Shown piece after piece: positions 30,159 through 39,577 of a stretch of DNA of 59,024 nt. Where the stretch lies: contig JBDRGF010000101.1 in assembly GCA_043818055.1 (NCBI GenBank), positions 1 through 59,024 on the forward strand. Direction: 5' to 3'. Position 1 is the stretch's first letter; each line of letters starts with the position of its first letter. Below the pieces are notes generated by a model. The model was not told where the DNA came from and searched no databases. It saw only the letters and a list, made by a program, of their open reading frames with translations. The position numbers and the translations under genes are program-made. Source of the DNA: Pseudomonadota bacterium. GTDB taxonomy: Bacteria; UBA10199; 2-02-FULL-44-16; JBDRGF01.

Positions 30159-32057
30159 ATGTTGAAATTACTAAAAAATATTGCGGTAATCTGTTTGGTC
30201 GTGTTTCTTGTCGGATGTGAGGGGTGTAGTGATTCTGGGGGTAAGAAAACCTCAGATGAGCAGAAACCCGAAACAGATTTCAGCACACCCCAAAATGCAA
30301 AGGCCGAAGTAGTGGGTAGCGAGATAAAGGTGAGCTGGGATATAGTCACTCAGGCTGAATATTATCAGATAGATCGCTACGGAACACTCTCCAAACTCGT
30401 AACACTTAAGCCGAAATTCACACCACCTCCGAAATACTATATATCCATAAAGACAGACACCTTATCGACAGACATAGTGGATACGCCTCCCTCAACTGAT
30501 ACCTACGTATATGTAATCACCGCTATAAAAACTGAAAAAAATGAATTCGGAGAGGATGTGCTAAAAAAGGCCGCAACCGCCACCAACGGCGTTAAATTTG
30601 AGATCGCAAAACAGGAACCACCGAAGACGAGCGAAGCACCGAAGCCTGCAGCGCCAGCGGGACCGACAAAAAAAGAAGCACCGGCTGCCTCACAAGTTGA
30701 TCCATGTGCAAACCCAAAGGACGATTGCGATAGCGATGGAATTTCCAACTTTCTGGAAAAACTTGCGGTTCCTGATTCCAAACAAATTGAAGTTGCTCTC
30801 TTTGTAAATGGAAAAATACAAGCATCTCCAAACCAAGATGGTTCACTCAGAAATCCATTTTCCTCGATTGGTCAAGCTATGACTAGCGCTGCTCAATCTA
30901 GTAATAAGGGAAAAACTATAGGTGTCTATGTTGTTGGAAATCATACATACAGCGAAGCTGTTAGAATTTCACAGGACAATATTAAATTAATCGGAAGCCT
31001 GTCAAAAAATTTTGATTCTTTGACAATAAAAAATCCAAAAGAGATGTCCATAATTAGCACACGTTCCGCTTCTACTGCGATTGAGATATCTAATGCTCAA
31101 AATGTCTCTTTGATGCATTTCAAGGCTACAGCTATTAGAAATGTCATTACTCTTTCCAATACAAAAAATGCTACAATCAACAGCAATAGGTTAATTTCTA
31201 TAACTTATGGAATTTATTTTACTAATGAGACCGTTGAAGTGTTAAACAGCGAATCTACTATCATCTCCAACAACATTATACTTGCAAAAGAAGATCCAGC
31301 AAGAGGACTCTCAAACGCAACTATAGGACTAGCACTAAAAGGAACCAAAAATTGCACAATCATCAACAATTTAATATTTGCAGATGAGACAAAAACAACG
31401 GGTATCGACTTGAATAAAGGTGTATATACACAAAATGGCGGCAAGGGGATATTGTTGTTGGATAATTCAGATGCCTCCATTATCAACAACATTATATTCA
31501 CCGGATTACAGAGAAAAACAAATGATTTTGGAATTAAAATTGTTCAAGGATGTACTATTGATCAGCTTTCAAACAATTTAATCTTCAATGTTGGCAACCT
31601 AATATCTGCAGATTTTACTGCAACCAAATCATCTCTTGAAATTTCAAAATTTGACGAGATCAAAACATTAAAGTGGCCAAGTAGCTTCTTTAAAGATATC
31701 GACAACATGGTTAAAGACAATATAACAATAGACATGCCAAAGAAAACACCTATTGATAATTTAAAAATGGTACTTTGCTCAGATATAAATTGGGATTTGG
31801 TAATTTGTTCTAAATCCTTTGCTAAAGGATTGGGAATGAAAGTAACATCGTTCTCTGAGGAAATACAATTTATACTAGCCCATGACATCGAAGGTGAGTT
31901 TCGTATTAAAGATGCGGTTTGTGATATTGGCCCTTTTGAACTTTCTGAAGAGATGCCTTCTGCAGTTTTAGAAAAACCAGCAGACAAAACATTTTTAAAT
32001 CAAAATATTCTCCGTATTGAGAAACCTAAAGTGCAGGAACCTCAGATCGTTAAGTAA
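30159..32057 (+). CDS. surface lipoprotein with FN3-like and parallel beta-helix domains
   Basis: LVGC lipobox, GSLRNPFSSIGQA, recurring I-x-NN-I-I rungs, CDIGPFE. Confidence 0.75.
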   Translation: MLKLLKNIAVICLVVFLVGCEGCSDSGGKKTSDEQKPETDFSTPQNAKAEVVGSEIKVSWDIVTQAEYYQIDRYGTLSKLVTLKPKFTPPPKYYISIKTDTLSTDIVDTPPSTDTYVYVITAIKTEKNEFGEDVLKKAATATNGVKFEIAKQEPPKTSEAPKPAAPAGPTKKEAPAASQVDPCANPKDDCDSDGISNFLEKLAVPDSKQIEVALFVNGKIQASPNQDGSLRNPFSSIGQAMTSAAQSSNKGKTIGVYVVGNHTYSEAVRISQDNIKLIGSLSKNFDSLTIKNPKEMSIISTRSASTAIEISNAQNVSLMHFKATAIRNVITLSNTKNATINSNRLISITYGIYFTNETVEVLNSESTIISNNIILAKEDPARGLSNATIGLALKGTKNCTIINNLIFADETKTTGIDLNKGVYTQNGGKGILLLDNSDASIINNIIFTGLQRKTNDFGIKIVQGCTIDQLSNNLIFNVGNLISADFTATKSSLEISKFDEIKTLKWPSSFFKDIDNMVKDNITIDMPKKTPIDNLKMVLCSDINWDLVICSKSFAKGLGMKVTSFSEEIQFILAHDIEGEFRIKDAVCDIGPFELSEEMPSAVLEKPADKTFLNQNILRIEKPKVQEPQIVK

Positions 32058-32067
32058 AATGACATTT

Positions 32068-32265
32068 GGGCATCTCTAAAAACCTCTAATTTTTCTCCTA
32101 TGCTGTCATTGCGAAACCCATAGGGCGACGTGGCAATCTCGAACCCCCTTGCCTTTGACCAGCGAAGCGGGCAAAAAATCCAGGGTTTATAAGCATTACC
32201 CCGAGATCGCCACGCCTCCATCCAGGAGGCTCGCGATGACAAACTAGAGGTTTTTAGAGGTGCCC
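32068..32265. mobile_element. non-autonomous MITE with ~25-bp TIRs, 4-bp TSD and an internal REP doublet
   Basis: GGGCATCTCTAAAAACCTCTA ... TAGAGGTTTTTAGAGGTGCCC, flanked by ATTT on both sides. Confidence 0.8.
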
Positions 32266-32382
32266 ATTTATAAAAATTCCACCAACCCCAAATTATCATC
32301 GCAAACTAAGCTTATTCTCTTGACTTTCGTAGTGTCTGGAAATAGCGATTATACTTACATTAAAAGAGAGTCGGAGGGGAAT

Positions 32383-33957
32383 ATGGTACTGCCAGTCATC
32401 ATAGGTTTGGGAATAATAGCATTGTTCTTAAAGGGCTGTAGTCCCCAAGGCTATGTTGAAACCAAAGGCAAGAGATACAAAGCCATGGGGGACGAAGATG
32501 GTGACGGGGTCAAAAATATCGTCGATCTCTGCATGTTTAAGAAAGGGCCGAATTCTAATAGCGGCTGCCCCGTTCCTGTCGCGTATGAAAAGCTCAAAGA
32601 GGGAAAGTATTACGAAGTAACCCGTCCGGATGGTGGGCCTGATAAAGCGACTCCGCCTGAAAAAACTCAACCTGATGAAGCAACAAAGCCTGAGACTCAA
32701 CCACCAAAAGAAACGATGCCGGAGAAGCCAAATAACTGCATCAATGGAACTACACCAGCTACGAAAATTTGGACAAAGCAAGTAGGATCAATAAGCGATG
32801 ACCGCGCAAATAGCGTAGCAATTGACAAAAGTGGAAATATCTATGTAACGGGATATACAGAGGGTAGTTTAAATGGTAATTCTAATGCTGGGAGCAAAGA
32901 TATTTTTCTGATCAAGTATGATTCATCAGGCAACAAGATCTGGACGCGGCAGATAGGATCATCATCCATTGATGAAGCCAAGAGTGTTGCCACAGACAAA
33001 GATGGAAATATCTACATTACAGGATATACTCAAGGAGGTTTAGATAATAACACTAATTCGGGAGCTTTCGATATCTTCTTGGCCAAATATGATCCATCCG
33101 GTAATAAACTATGGGTAAAACAAATTGGATCGGAAGATTCTGATGTAGCCTTTGGCATATCAATCGACAGTAGCGGAAATATATACATCACTGGATATAC
33201 CATGGGTAATCTTGTTGGAAACCAAAGTACGGGAAGTTACAATATTTTCCTGATTAAACATGATAGCTCCGGTAAAAATATATGGACAAGACAATTTGGA
33301 TCAATGAGTGATGATACTTCCAACAATGTTGCCCTAGATGGAAATGGAAATATCTATCTAGCGGGTTCCACTAGAGGAGACTTGGATGGAAACAAGAATA
33401 TGGGAATATCAGACATCTTTCTAACCAAACGTGATTTCTACGGTAACAGATTATGGACCAAAATGTTGGGATCAAGTTATACCGATTATGGTGAAAGTCT
33501 TGCTATAGGTAAAAGCGGGAATATCTACGTTACTGGATTCGCAGGAGACGATTTGGGTGAAAAAACTTATATGGGAGATGGCGACATTTTTTTAGCCAAA
33601 TATGATCCCTCTGGCAATAGATTATGGACTAGGATGTTGGGATCGACGGCCGGAGATATTGCATATGGCATCACCTTAGATCAGAATGAAAATATCTATC
33701 TCACGGGAAAAACTTCTGGCAACTTGGATGGAAACAAGAATACGGGGAATGAGGATATTTTTCTAGTTAAATATGACCCCTCCGGCAAGAAGTTCTGGAC
33801 AAAACAGATAGGATCGAAAGACAGCGATATAGCTAGTAGTGTCGCTATAGACAAAAGCGGAAATATTTATCTCTCAGGATACACCAACGGTGCTCTCGAT
33901 GGAAATGCTAATATCGGAGCATACGATCTCTTTCTGATGAAATTTGAATGTAATTAA
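32383..33957 (+). CDS. SBBP-repeat beta-propeller lipoprotein
   Basis: Seven repeats of D-x-x-GNIY(V/I/L)TG...DIFL-KYD-SG..W; LKGC lipobox; GGAGG RBS. Confidence 0.85.
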   Translation: MVLPVIIGLGIIALFLKGCSPQGYVETKGKRYKAMGDEDGDGVKNIVDLCMFKKGPNSNSGCPVPVAYEKLKEGKYYEVTRPDGGPDKATPPEKTQPDEATKPETQPPKETMPEKPNNCINGTTPATKIWTKQVGSISDDRANSVAIDKSGNIYVTGYTEGSLNGNSNAGSKDIFLIKYDSSGNKIWTRQIGSSSIDEAKSVATDKDGNIYITGYTQGGLDNNTNSGAFDIFLAKYDPSGNKLWVKQIGSEDSDVAFGISIDSSGNIYITGYTMGNLVGNQSTGSYNIFLIKHDSSGKNIWTRQFGSMSDDTSNNVALDGNGNIYLAGSTRGDLDGNKNMGISDIFLTKRDFYGNRLWTKMLGSSYTDYGESLAIGKSGNIYVTGFAGDDLGEKTYMGDGDIFLAKYDPSGNRLWTRMLGSTAGDIAYGITLDQNENIYLTGKTSGNLDGNKNTGNEDIFLVKYDPSGKKFWTKQIGSKDSDIASSVAIDKSGNIYLSGYTNGALDGNANIGAYDLFLMKFECN

Positions 33958-34176
33958 CCTGATAGAATATGAGCTGTAAGATTCTTTACACAAATTTACG
34001 AATTCCCCTTAATAATTTTACTTAGCATCCCGGGCAGCCTTGCCGCCAGATAGTGCGGTATAGTCAAAAGAGATATCTTTTTCACACCCGGGTAGTTGGG
34101 CAACTTCGCCTCAAAATCTTTATTCAGGCTCAAAGGCCCGGAGCTGATCTTCACAAGACAACCTGCGTCCGGTTCA

Positions 34177-34272
34177 ATTTTAATATTAATTTTAACAAAA
34201 ATTTGCACTTTTTAATATTAATTTCAGCAGATTTTTGTAATTTATAATATTAGTTTTAGCAAATATTTGTAA
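34177..34272. repeat. three tandem 32-bp AT-rich repeats
   Basis: TAATATTA core at 34181, 34213 and 34245, each followed by a conserved A(A/G)CA...TTTG. Confidence 0.65.
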
Positions 34273-34274
34273 TT

Positions 34275-35289
34275 TAGGCATATGCACTTTACGCCAGTGA
34301 CCACAACATCTAGTGGTTGGCCGGCTTGGGTTTTCTAATTTGTTGATATCCATAGGGATTTACGACAACAGCGTTTTGCATCATTCTATAGAATAATAAT
34401 CCACGAGAGCGGGATGTGCGCCGATTAAATCGAAATACAAATTCATTTAGATATTCGTTCAGATAGCGACTGTCAGTCTTTCCGTGATGTGTCCCTAAAA
34501 ACCAACGTTTTAACAACGCCGATACACGATGAACATGAGAAAGCAGAGCTTGGTCTCCAACTTCACTTCCTGGAACTCGCTTATGGCGATACCCTCGCCC
34601 CTTTAACCCATTATACCCACGCCATCCGTCAGTTGTAACAATACTTCCTGTTTGTACATTTTGAAACATAAAGGTCCCCAATGTCTTTGCTGAAGCATCT
34701 TCTATGTGCTGCATACGAATACGTCCCATGCGTTTTCCTTTTTCTCTGACCTCAGCGGCCACAACAACCAAGTCTTTTCCTTCAGAAGATCTCCCAAGCT
34801 TACCGGGGCTTTTCCCACCTACAAAAATCTCATCTACTTCAACATTTCCTCGAAGTAGATCTCGCCCTGGTCGCACCATGACGTGTCGCAGCTTATGAAG
34901 CAGACTCCAACTGGTCTTATAACTCCCCAAGCCTAGTGCTCTCTGGAGACCTAGGGCGCTAACTCCGCTTTTTTGACTCGTAACCCACCAAATTGCATGA
35001 AACCAAACCTGTAGTGGTAAATGACTCCTGTGAAATATTGTTCCCGCTGTTATGGATTGTGGATATCCACATTTAGCACAATCGTTACGGTTCCTTCGTG
35101 TCAACCATGCTTTCTTGCTGCCACATTTTGAACAGTGATAGCCCTCTGGCCAGCGTAGCTTCGATAAATACTTGCTGCATGCCTCTTCACTTGGAAACCA
35201 CTCTACCAATTCTTGAAGTGTACATGGATAGTCTTGCATTACCTCGCATACTACATATTGTGGTCACTGGCGTAAAGTGCATATGCCTA
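34275..35289 (-). mobile_element. IS1595-family insertion sequence (ISSod11-like)
   Basis: 32-bp perfect TIR TAGGCATATGCACTTTACGCCAGTGACCACAA; TTTGTAATT direct repeat on both flanks (9 bp, or 11 bp if the ends are set 1 nt inward). Confidence 0.93.
34310..35239 (-). CDS. IS1595-family transposase
   Basis: LRWPEG Zn ribbon (CSKC/CAKC), VEVDE, TDGW, YLNEFVFRFNRR. Confidence 0.95.
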   Translation of the reverse strand: MQDYPCTLQELVEWFPSEEACSKYLSKLRWPEGYHCSKCGSKKAWLTRRNRNDCAKCGYPQSITAGTIFHRSHLPLQVWFHAIWWVTSQKSGVSALGLQRALGLGSYKTSWSLLHKLRHVMVRPGRDLLRGNVEVDEIFVGGKSPGKLGRSSEGKDLVVVAAEVREKGKRMGRIRMQHIEDASAKTLGTFMFQNVQTGSIVTTDGWRGYNGLKGRGYRHKRVPGSEVGDQALLSHVHRVSALLKRWFLGTHHGKTDSRYLNEYLNEFVFRFNRRTSRSRGLLFYRMMQNAVVVNPYGYQQIRKPKPANH

Positions 35290-35396
35290 TTTGTAATTTT
35301 TTACCTTAATTTGGGGTTGATTTTATTTGTAGAATACAGGTAGAAGGACAATCGAAAATGGGTGGATTGAAAATAGAGAATCTACCTTAAGCAGAT

Positions 35397-35486
35397 GGAG
35401 AGGTGGCCGAGTGGTTGAAGGCGCACGCTTGGAAAGCGTGTGTACTGTAACAGGTACCCAGGGTTCAAATCCCTGCCTCTCCGCCA
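35397..35486 (+). tRNA. tRNA-Ser(GGA)
   Basis: GGAGAGG acceptor stem, CACGC-TTGGAAA-GCGTG anticodon arm, long variable arm, GGTTCAAATCC, encoded CCA. Confidence 0.97.
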
Positions 35487-35490
35487 AAAG

Positions 35491-35522
35491 AAATGTCCCC
35501 ATGAAATGGGGGCATTTTTTTT
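35491..35522 (+). terminator. intrinsic terminator after tRNA-Ser (duplicated at about 35672-35702)
   Basis: AAATGTCCCCAT-GAA-ATGGGGGCATTT followed by a T tract. Confidence 0.75.
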
Positions 35523-35759
35523 GGCGGAGAGGTGGGTATGATTTGAACCCTTTTGGGTTCAGCAAACGCAGTTGGCATGAGCTAAAAGCGAATGACAACA
35601 ATACAATATTTTCATCTCGTTAACGAGTCTGCCGAAGACAGACGAGTAATCCCTGAATCGAAGACCAAAAGAAATGTCCCCATGAAATGGGGGCATTTTT
35701 TTGGATAATAAAATTTGTCAAGATTGACATAATGACCATAGCCTGAGAAAAGAAGGGTT

Positions 35760-37913
35760 ATGTCCTTTGAGATTCCAATCCCGGATAAACTGATTCAGGA
35801 ATATACTGAGCTCTTCAACGAGCACTCCATTCCGATTCAAATAAAAACCAAGCCATCAGGCAATAAAGCTCAGAATATCATCATGGTATCGACCCACGGA
35901 TATTGGGGAGATCCGCCGCCTGCAGGCGTGCCCGACACAGGTGGGCAGACCTACTATGTCCTCGAAGTTTCAAAGGCCTGGGCTGCTATGGGAAGAAAGG
36001 TCATAATTGTAGCACGGTGGTTCGAGCCATTCCCGAGGGTTGAAAAGTTCGCAGAAAATGTCTGGCTGGTGCGCGTAAGGGCTCATGGAGATGCGTTCGT
36101 GCGCAAAGAGGATATATATCGTCTCGTCCCGGAGATGGCTGAGGCGACTCTTGCTATATCTCATCTTTTCGGAGCAGACATAGCCATCGGCCATTACGCG
36201 GATGGCATGGTCGGAGCACTTGAAGTCGGCGAGCGACTTGAAATACCAGTCATCGCATTTCCTCATTCTCTCGGGGCGAGAAAAGTGACTATGCTTGAAA
36301 GGGATTTGAGAGATCCTGAGACCTGGTTGAGCAAGGACTACAACTTCGGAATCAGAGAGTCCTTTGAGCTTGCCGCTCTAAGGGGAGCCAATCTCGAAAT
36401 TGCAAACACGCTCGCAGAGCCTGAAATGCTCAAAAGTTTTTATAATTTGAGTTTTCCACACGTAGTGATGCCGGCAGGTGTGAGCCATGATTTTTTTGAA
36501 CTCTATGACAGTCCCATCCTATCCGATTTCGTACTGGATCACGCACTTGAACCGAGACAATATCTGATATTCTGGGGGAGATTTTCCCTGGTGAAAAATA
36601 TCCAGGGTGTCGTTTCGGTACTTGGAGAACTAAAGAAACTCGCGAACAAGCTTACAAAAAGATACAAGGTGCTGATCATCGGAGGCACACCGAACAGAGA
36701 GACACCCATGGAACAGAAGGTTGCTGAGAATATCGAAGCAGCGCGAAGCAAATATAAGCTCTCCCCGGAAGATATCGTGACCATGCCAAATCTCGAACAC
36801 AAGGACATCGCCCTCTTCGCAAAATTCGCGCTCTGCTATGTAGGGATGCAGGAGATGGAGCCCTTTGGGATGGGGGCGGCCGAGGCGATGGGAGTGGGGC
36901 TCCCCGTCGTGATATCCCAAGCTGCAGGGATCACCCAATGGATCAAAGATGGAAAGGATGGAATAATTGTCAATCCGCACGACCCTGAAGCTGCTGCAAA
37001 AAAACTTTTGAGTTTTCTCACCCACGAAAAGAAGTTTAACAACATTTCAAAAAATGGATATCTTCTCGCGAGGAAAAAATTCAGTTGGGGAGGTATTGCA
37101 GAAGATATCGCTGAGTTCTCAGACAAACTGGTTTGCGACAAAGTTCCCAGTATAAAATCGAAAGGAACAAAGGGAAAAAAACAGATCACTGCAAGAACCG
37201 GAAGGGCATATCACCGTCTCACATTCGCGTGGCGGGGAGATCCACCTATAATCAAGGATCATCACAAACGAGCAGCTGAAGGACTTTTGCCTTACGTAAT
37301 TGAAGCTCATAAATCATCAAAAAAGCGCGTGACGATAGCCATCGGTGGCGAATCAGGGTCGGGCAAGACAGAGATTGCGGAATATTTGAGATTTTTGATG
37401 AGAAGGGAAAATGTTTGGGGAGTCACCCTCTCGGGCGATGCGTTCTTCAAGCTTCCACCCGCACAAAACCATGAACAGAGGATGACCGCTTTTACAAATA
37501 ACAGGCTGGAACAATGGATAGGCCCCCAGGAGGTTGATTTAAAACGACTCGATGAAACACTTGCAAAAGCACTCAATAAGAAAACTAATTTGATTTTTAC
37601 TCCCAGCGATACACGAAGCTTAGGTTCGAGAAGATATGAGAATGTCCCACTTGATCTTACCAATGCAGGTGTCGTCACCGTCGATTTAACTTATGCACTC
37701 CTCTTGAACAATGTCGCCATCAAAGTATTCTTGGAGAGGGATTATCTTGAAAAACTTGAAGATATAAAATCGAGGAATTTACTACGCGATCCGGATCAGG
37801 ATTTCGAATTCATCAAAAAAGTGCTTCAGATCGAACATGAAATAATTTCGCCACTCAGAGAAAAAGCCAATCTTATAGTCACAAAGGATTATGATGTGAA
37901 AAAAAGTGCTTAA
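35760..37913 (+). CDS. sucrose-phosphate/mannosylfructose-phosphate synthase-like GT4 fused to a P-loop (uridine-kinase-like) domain
   Basis: STHGY...PDTGGQ..YV, GHYADG, HSLG, EPFGM..AEAM; C-terminal GGESGSGKT Walker A. Confidence 0.8.
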   Translation: MSFEIPIPDKLIQEYTELFNEHSIPIQIKTKPSGNKAQNIIMVSTHGYWGDPPPAGVPDTGGQTYYVLEVSKAWAAMGRKVIIVARWFEPFPRVEKFAENVWLVRVRAHGDAFVRKEDIYRLVPEMAEATLAISHLFGADIAIGHYADGMVGALEVGERLEIPVIAFPHSLGARKVTMLERDLRDPETWLSKDYNFGIRESFELAALRGANLEIANTLAEPEMLKSFYNLSFPHVVMPAGVSHDFFELYDSPILSDFVLDHALEPRQYLIFWGRFSLVKNIQGVVSVLGELKKLANKLTKRYKVLIIGGTPNRETPMEQKVAENIEAARSKYKLSPEDIVTMPNLEHKDIALFAKFALCYVGMQEMEPFGMGAAEAMGVGLPVVISQAAGITQWIKDGKDGIIVNPHDPEAAAKKLLSFLTHEKKFNNISKNGYLLARKKFSWGGIAEDIAEFSDKLVCDKVPSIKSKGTKGKKQITARTGRAYHRLTFAWRGDPPIIKDHHKRAAEGLLPYVIEAHKSSKKRVTIAIGGESGSGKTEIAEYLRFLMRRENVWGVTLSGDAFFKLPPAQNHEQRMTAFTNNRLEQWIGPQEVDLKRLDETLAKALNKKTNLIFTPSDTRSLGSRRYENVPLDLTNAGVVTVDLTYALLLNNVAIKVFLERDYLEKLEDIKSRNLLRDPDQDFEFIKKVLQIEHEIISPLREKANLIVTKDYDVKKSA

Positions 37914-37990
37914 GCTCCTAAGTGCTTAAGTTTAGTATTTTTAATGTTTTCAACTTACGCACTTAAGCACTCAAAAACTCAAGCACTTAA
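37904..37990. repeat. inverted octamer-array element (AAGTGCTT)
   Basis: aagtgcttaagctcctaagtgcttaagt ... acttacgcacttaagcactcaaaaactcaagcactt. Confidence 0.8.
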
Positions 37991-38148
37991 TTACTTCTTC
38001 TTAAATTTGCAATCACCTGGGAGACAGCCAGTATCCAGATAAAAATTTCAAAAAAACCCAGAACGAGGGCTTGAAACTTCCTCCCCTGCATCACATTTAT
38101 CATCCTGAGCGTCCCAAGCGAAACATCGGTGATGCGCATGAGAAAAAT
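37987..38148 (-). pseudogene. fragment of a UPF0316/DUF5698-type membrane protein gene
   Basis: [49 protein letters not shown], cut at both ends by repeat arrays. Confidence 0.65.
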
Positions 38149-38225
38149 CAGAGACAAGAGACAAGACGTCAGAGGTCAGAAGCCTGAGGCCAGAAGTCGG
38201 AAGTCAGAGGCCCGAGGCCAGAAAG
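38149..38225. repeat. heptamer array (CAGARGY consensus, 11 units)
   Basis: cagagac aagagac aagacgt cagaggt cagaagc ctgaggc cagaagt cggaagt cagaggc ccgaggc cagaaag. Confidence 0.8.
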
Positions 38226-38338
38226 ATGAAAATCTTGCCCATTTACCTCTAATTACTTGTCCCTCCTTTAAACAAATTGACGATTTTTACTACATACTAC
38301 ATAATGCGTCACCACGTTGATAATTTTGGAGGAAAAAG

Positions 38339-39577
38339 ATGAAAAAGGGTTGGGTTATTACAGCTATTATCTCTTCCATCGGCGGGGCGATTTTGTCGCT
38401 GCTCTCAACTGCTCAGCATTTCAGAATCGTCAAGAGCGGATTCATGGAACAGAGCTACTGCGCTATGAGCGAATATATAAACTGCGACATTGTCAATGCC
38501 AGCTCATATTCAGAATTCTTAGGCGTTCCGATCGCATGGTGGGGGTTCATCTTCTACCTCATAATATTGGCATTCTCCATCTATATCTACTTTCCAAAAA
38601 AGAATTATCAGGAGGATGAAGAAAATAAATCACGCGAACATACTAAAACTATCATCTTTGGAATGGGAGTTTCAAGCTGCATCTATTCGCTCTTCCTCGC
38701 TTACATAGCAACCATCGTACTTGGCGCTGTTTGTTTGGAATGCTTAGGTATGTATCTTTGCAATATATTAATAACAATTTCGGCCTATTTTCTCATGAAT
38801 AAAAAATTTTCGGAGGTTCCATTGTACCTGTTCAACTATGTAAAAGCTATTTTCAGATTCAATTTTAAAAATACTTTCTGGAGACATATCGCTGTCATCG
38901 CAGCCTTTTTTGCGGTCGGCTGGTTTTTCATCCTACAAATACAACCTGCAAAATCACAGGGAGTTGATGGTATGAGCATGGACGACCGTGCTGAAGCTTT
39001 CTATCGCCAATCGCTGCATGAGATCGCCATCGACCCAAGCTGGCCGGTCTGGGGAAATCCAGATGCCCCTGTCAAGATCGTCGAGTTCAGCGAATTTCAG
39101 TGTCCATTCTGCAGAATTTCATCATATGAAGTCAGGCCATTCCTGCAGGAGTTCAGAAAGGATATCGCTTATTACTTCGTCAACTATCCGCTCGACTTGA
39201 GTTGCAATCCGGGCATGGAAAAACAGATGCACGAATATGCCTGCGAAGCCGCAAGGGCTTCGATGTGCGCATTAAGAGAGGGGAAATTCTGGCCATTTCA
39301 TGACGAGCTGTTCAGAAAGGCTCGTAGCATCTCTCCAAAACTTTTCAGAAAGCTCGCCGAAGAAAATAAAATGGACATCGATAAATTTGAAACGTGCATG
39401 AAGGATGCTTCGATCAACAAACAGATACTCAAAGATATCAATGCCGGCAATAAAATCTACGTCAACGGCACACCGACAATATTCTTAAACGGTCGCAAGA
39501 TCACCGACTGGCAAAATCGAAAATTGGTTAATAGATTGGTGAAGGAAGAAATTAAGAAAACAAAAAAGCGTATGTAG
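38339..39577 (+). CDS. VKOR-DsbA (thioredoxin-fold) fusion
   Basis: VKOR loop Cys pair YC...NC, CLEC and TM helices; then FSEFQCPFC and GTPT. Confidence 0.9.
   Translation: MKKGWVITAIISSIGGAILSLLSTAQHFRIVKSGFMEQSYCAMSEYINCDIVNASSYSEFLGVPIAWWGFIFYLIILAFSIYIYFPKKNYQEDEENKSREHTKTIIFGMGVSSCIYSLFLAYIATIVLGAVCLECLGMYLCNILITISAYFLMNKKFSEVPLYLFNYVKAIFRFNFKNTFWRHIAVIAAFFAVGWFFILQIQPAKSQGVDGMSMDDRAEAFYRQSLHEIAIDPSWPVWGNPDAPVKIVEFSEFQCPFCRISSYEVRPFLQEFRKDIAYYFVNYPLDLSCNPGMEKQMHEYACEAARASMCALREGKFWPFHDELFRKARSISPKLFRKLAEENKMDIDKFETCMKDASINKQILKDINAGNKIYVNGTPTIFLNGRKITDWQNRKLVNRLVKEEIKKTKKRM

Noticed and set aside
33996..34208. 70-aa minus-strand ORF next to the IS
   Set aside because: Starts inside the AT-rich repeats, with no RBS or recognisable motif
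35323..35623. ORFs over the tRNA
   Set aside because: They overlap a clear tRNA-Ser and its terminator
38149..38225. Possible CRISPR array (also considered for 34177-34272)
   Set aside because: No constant repeat with unique spacers and no cas genes
38129..38320. 63-aa ORF with (Q/S)EAR-like repeats
   Set aside because: Translation of the heptamer array, not a credible protein
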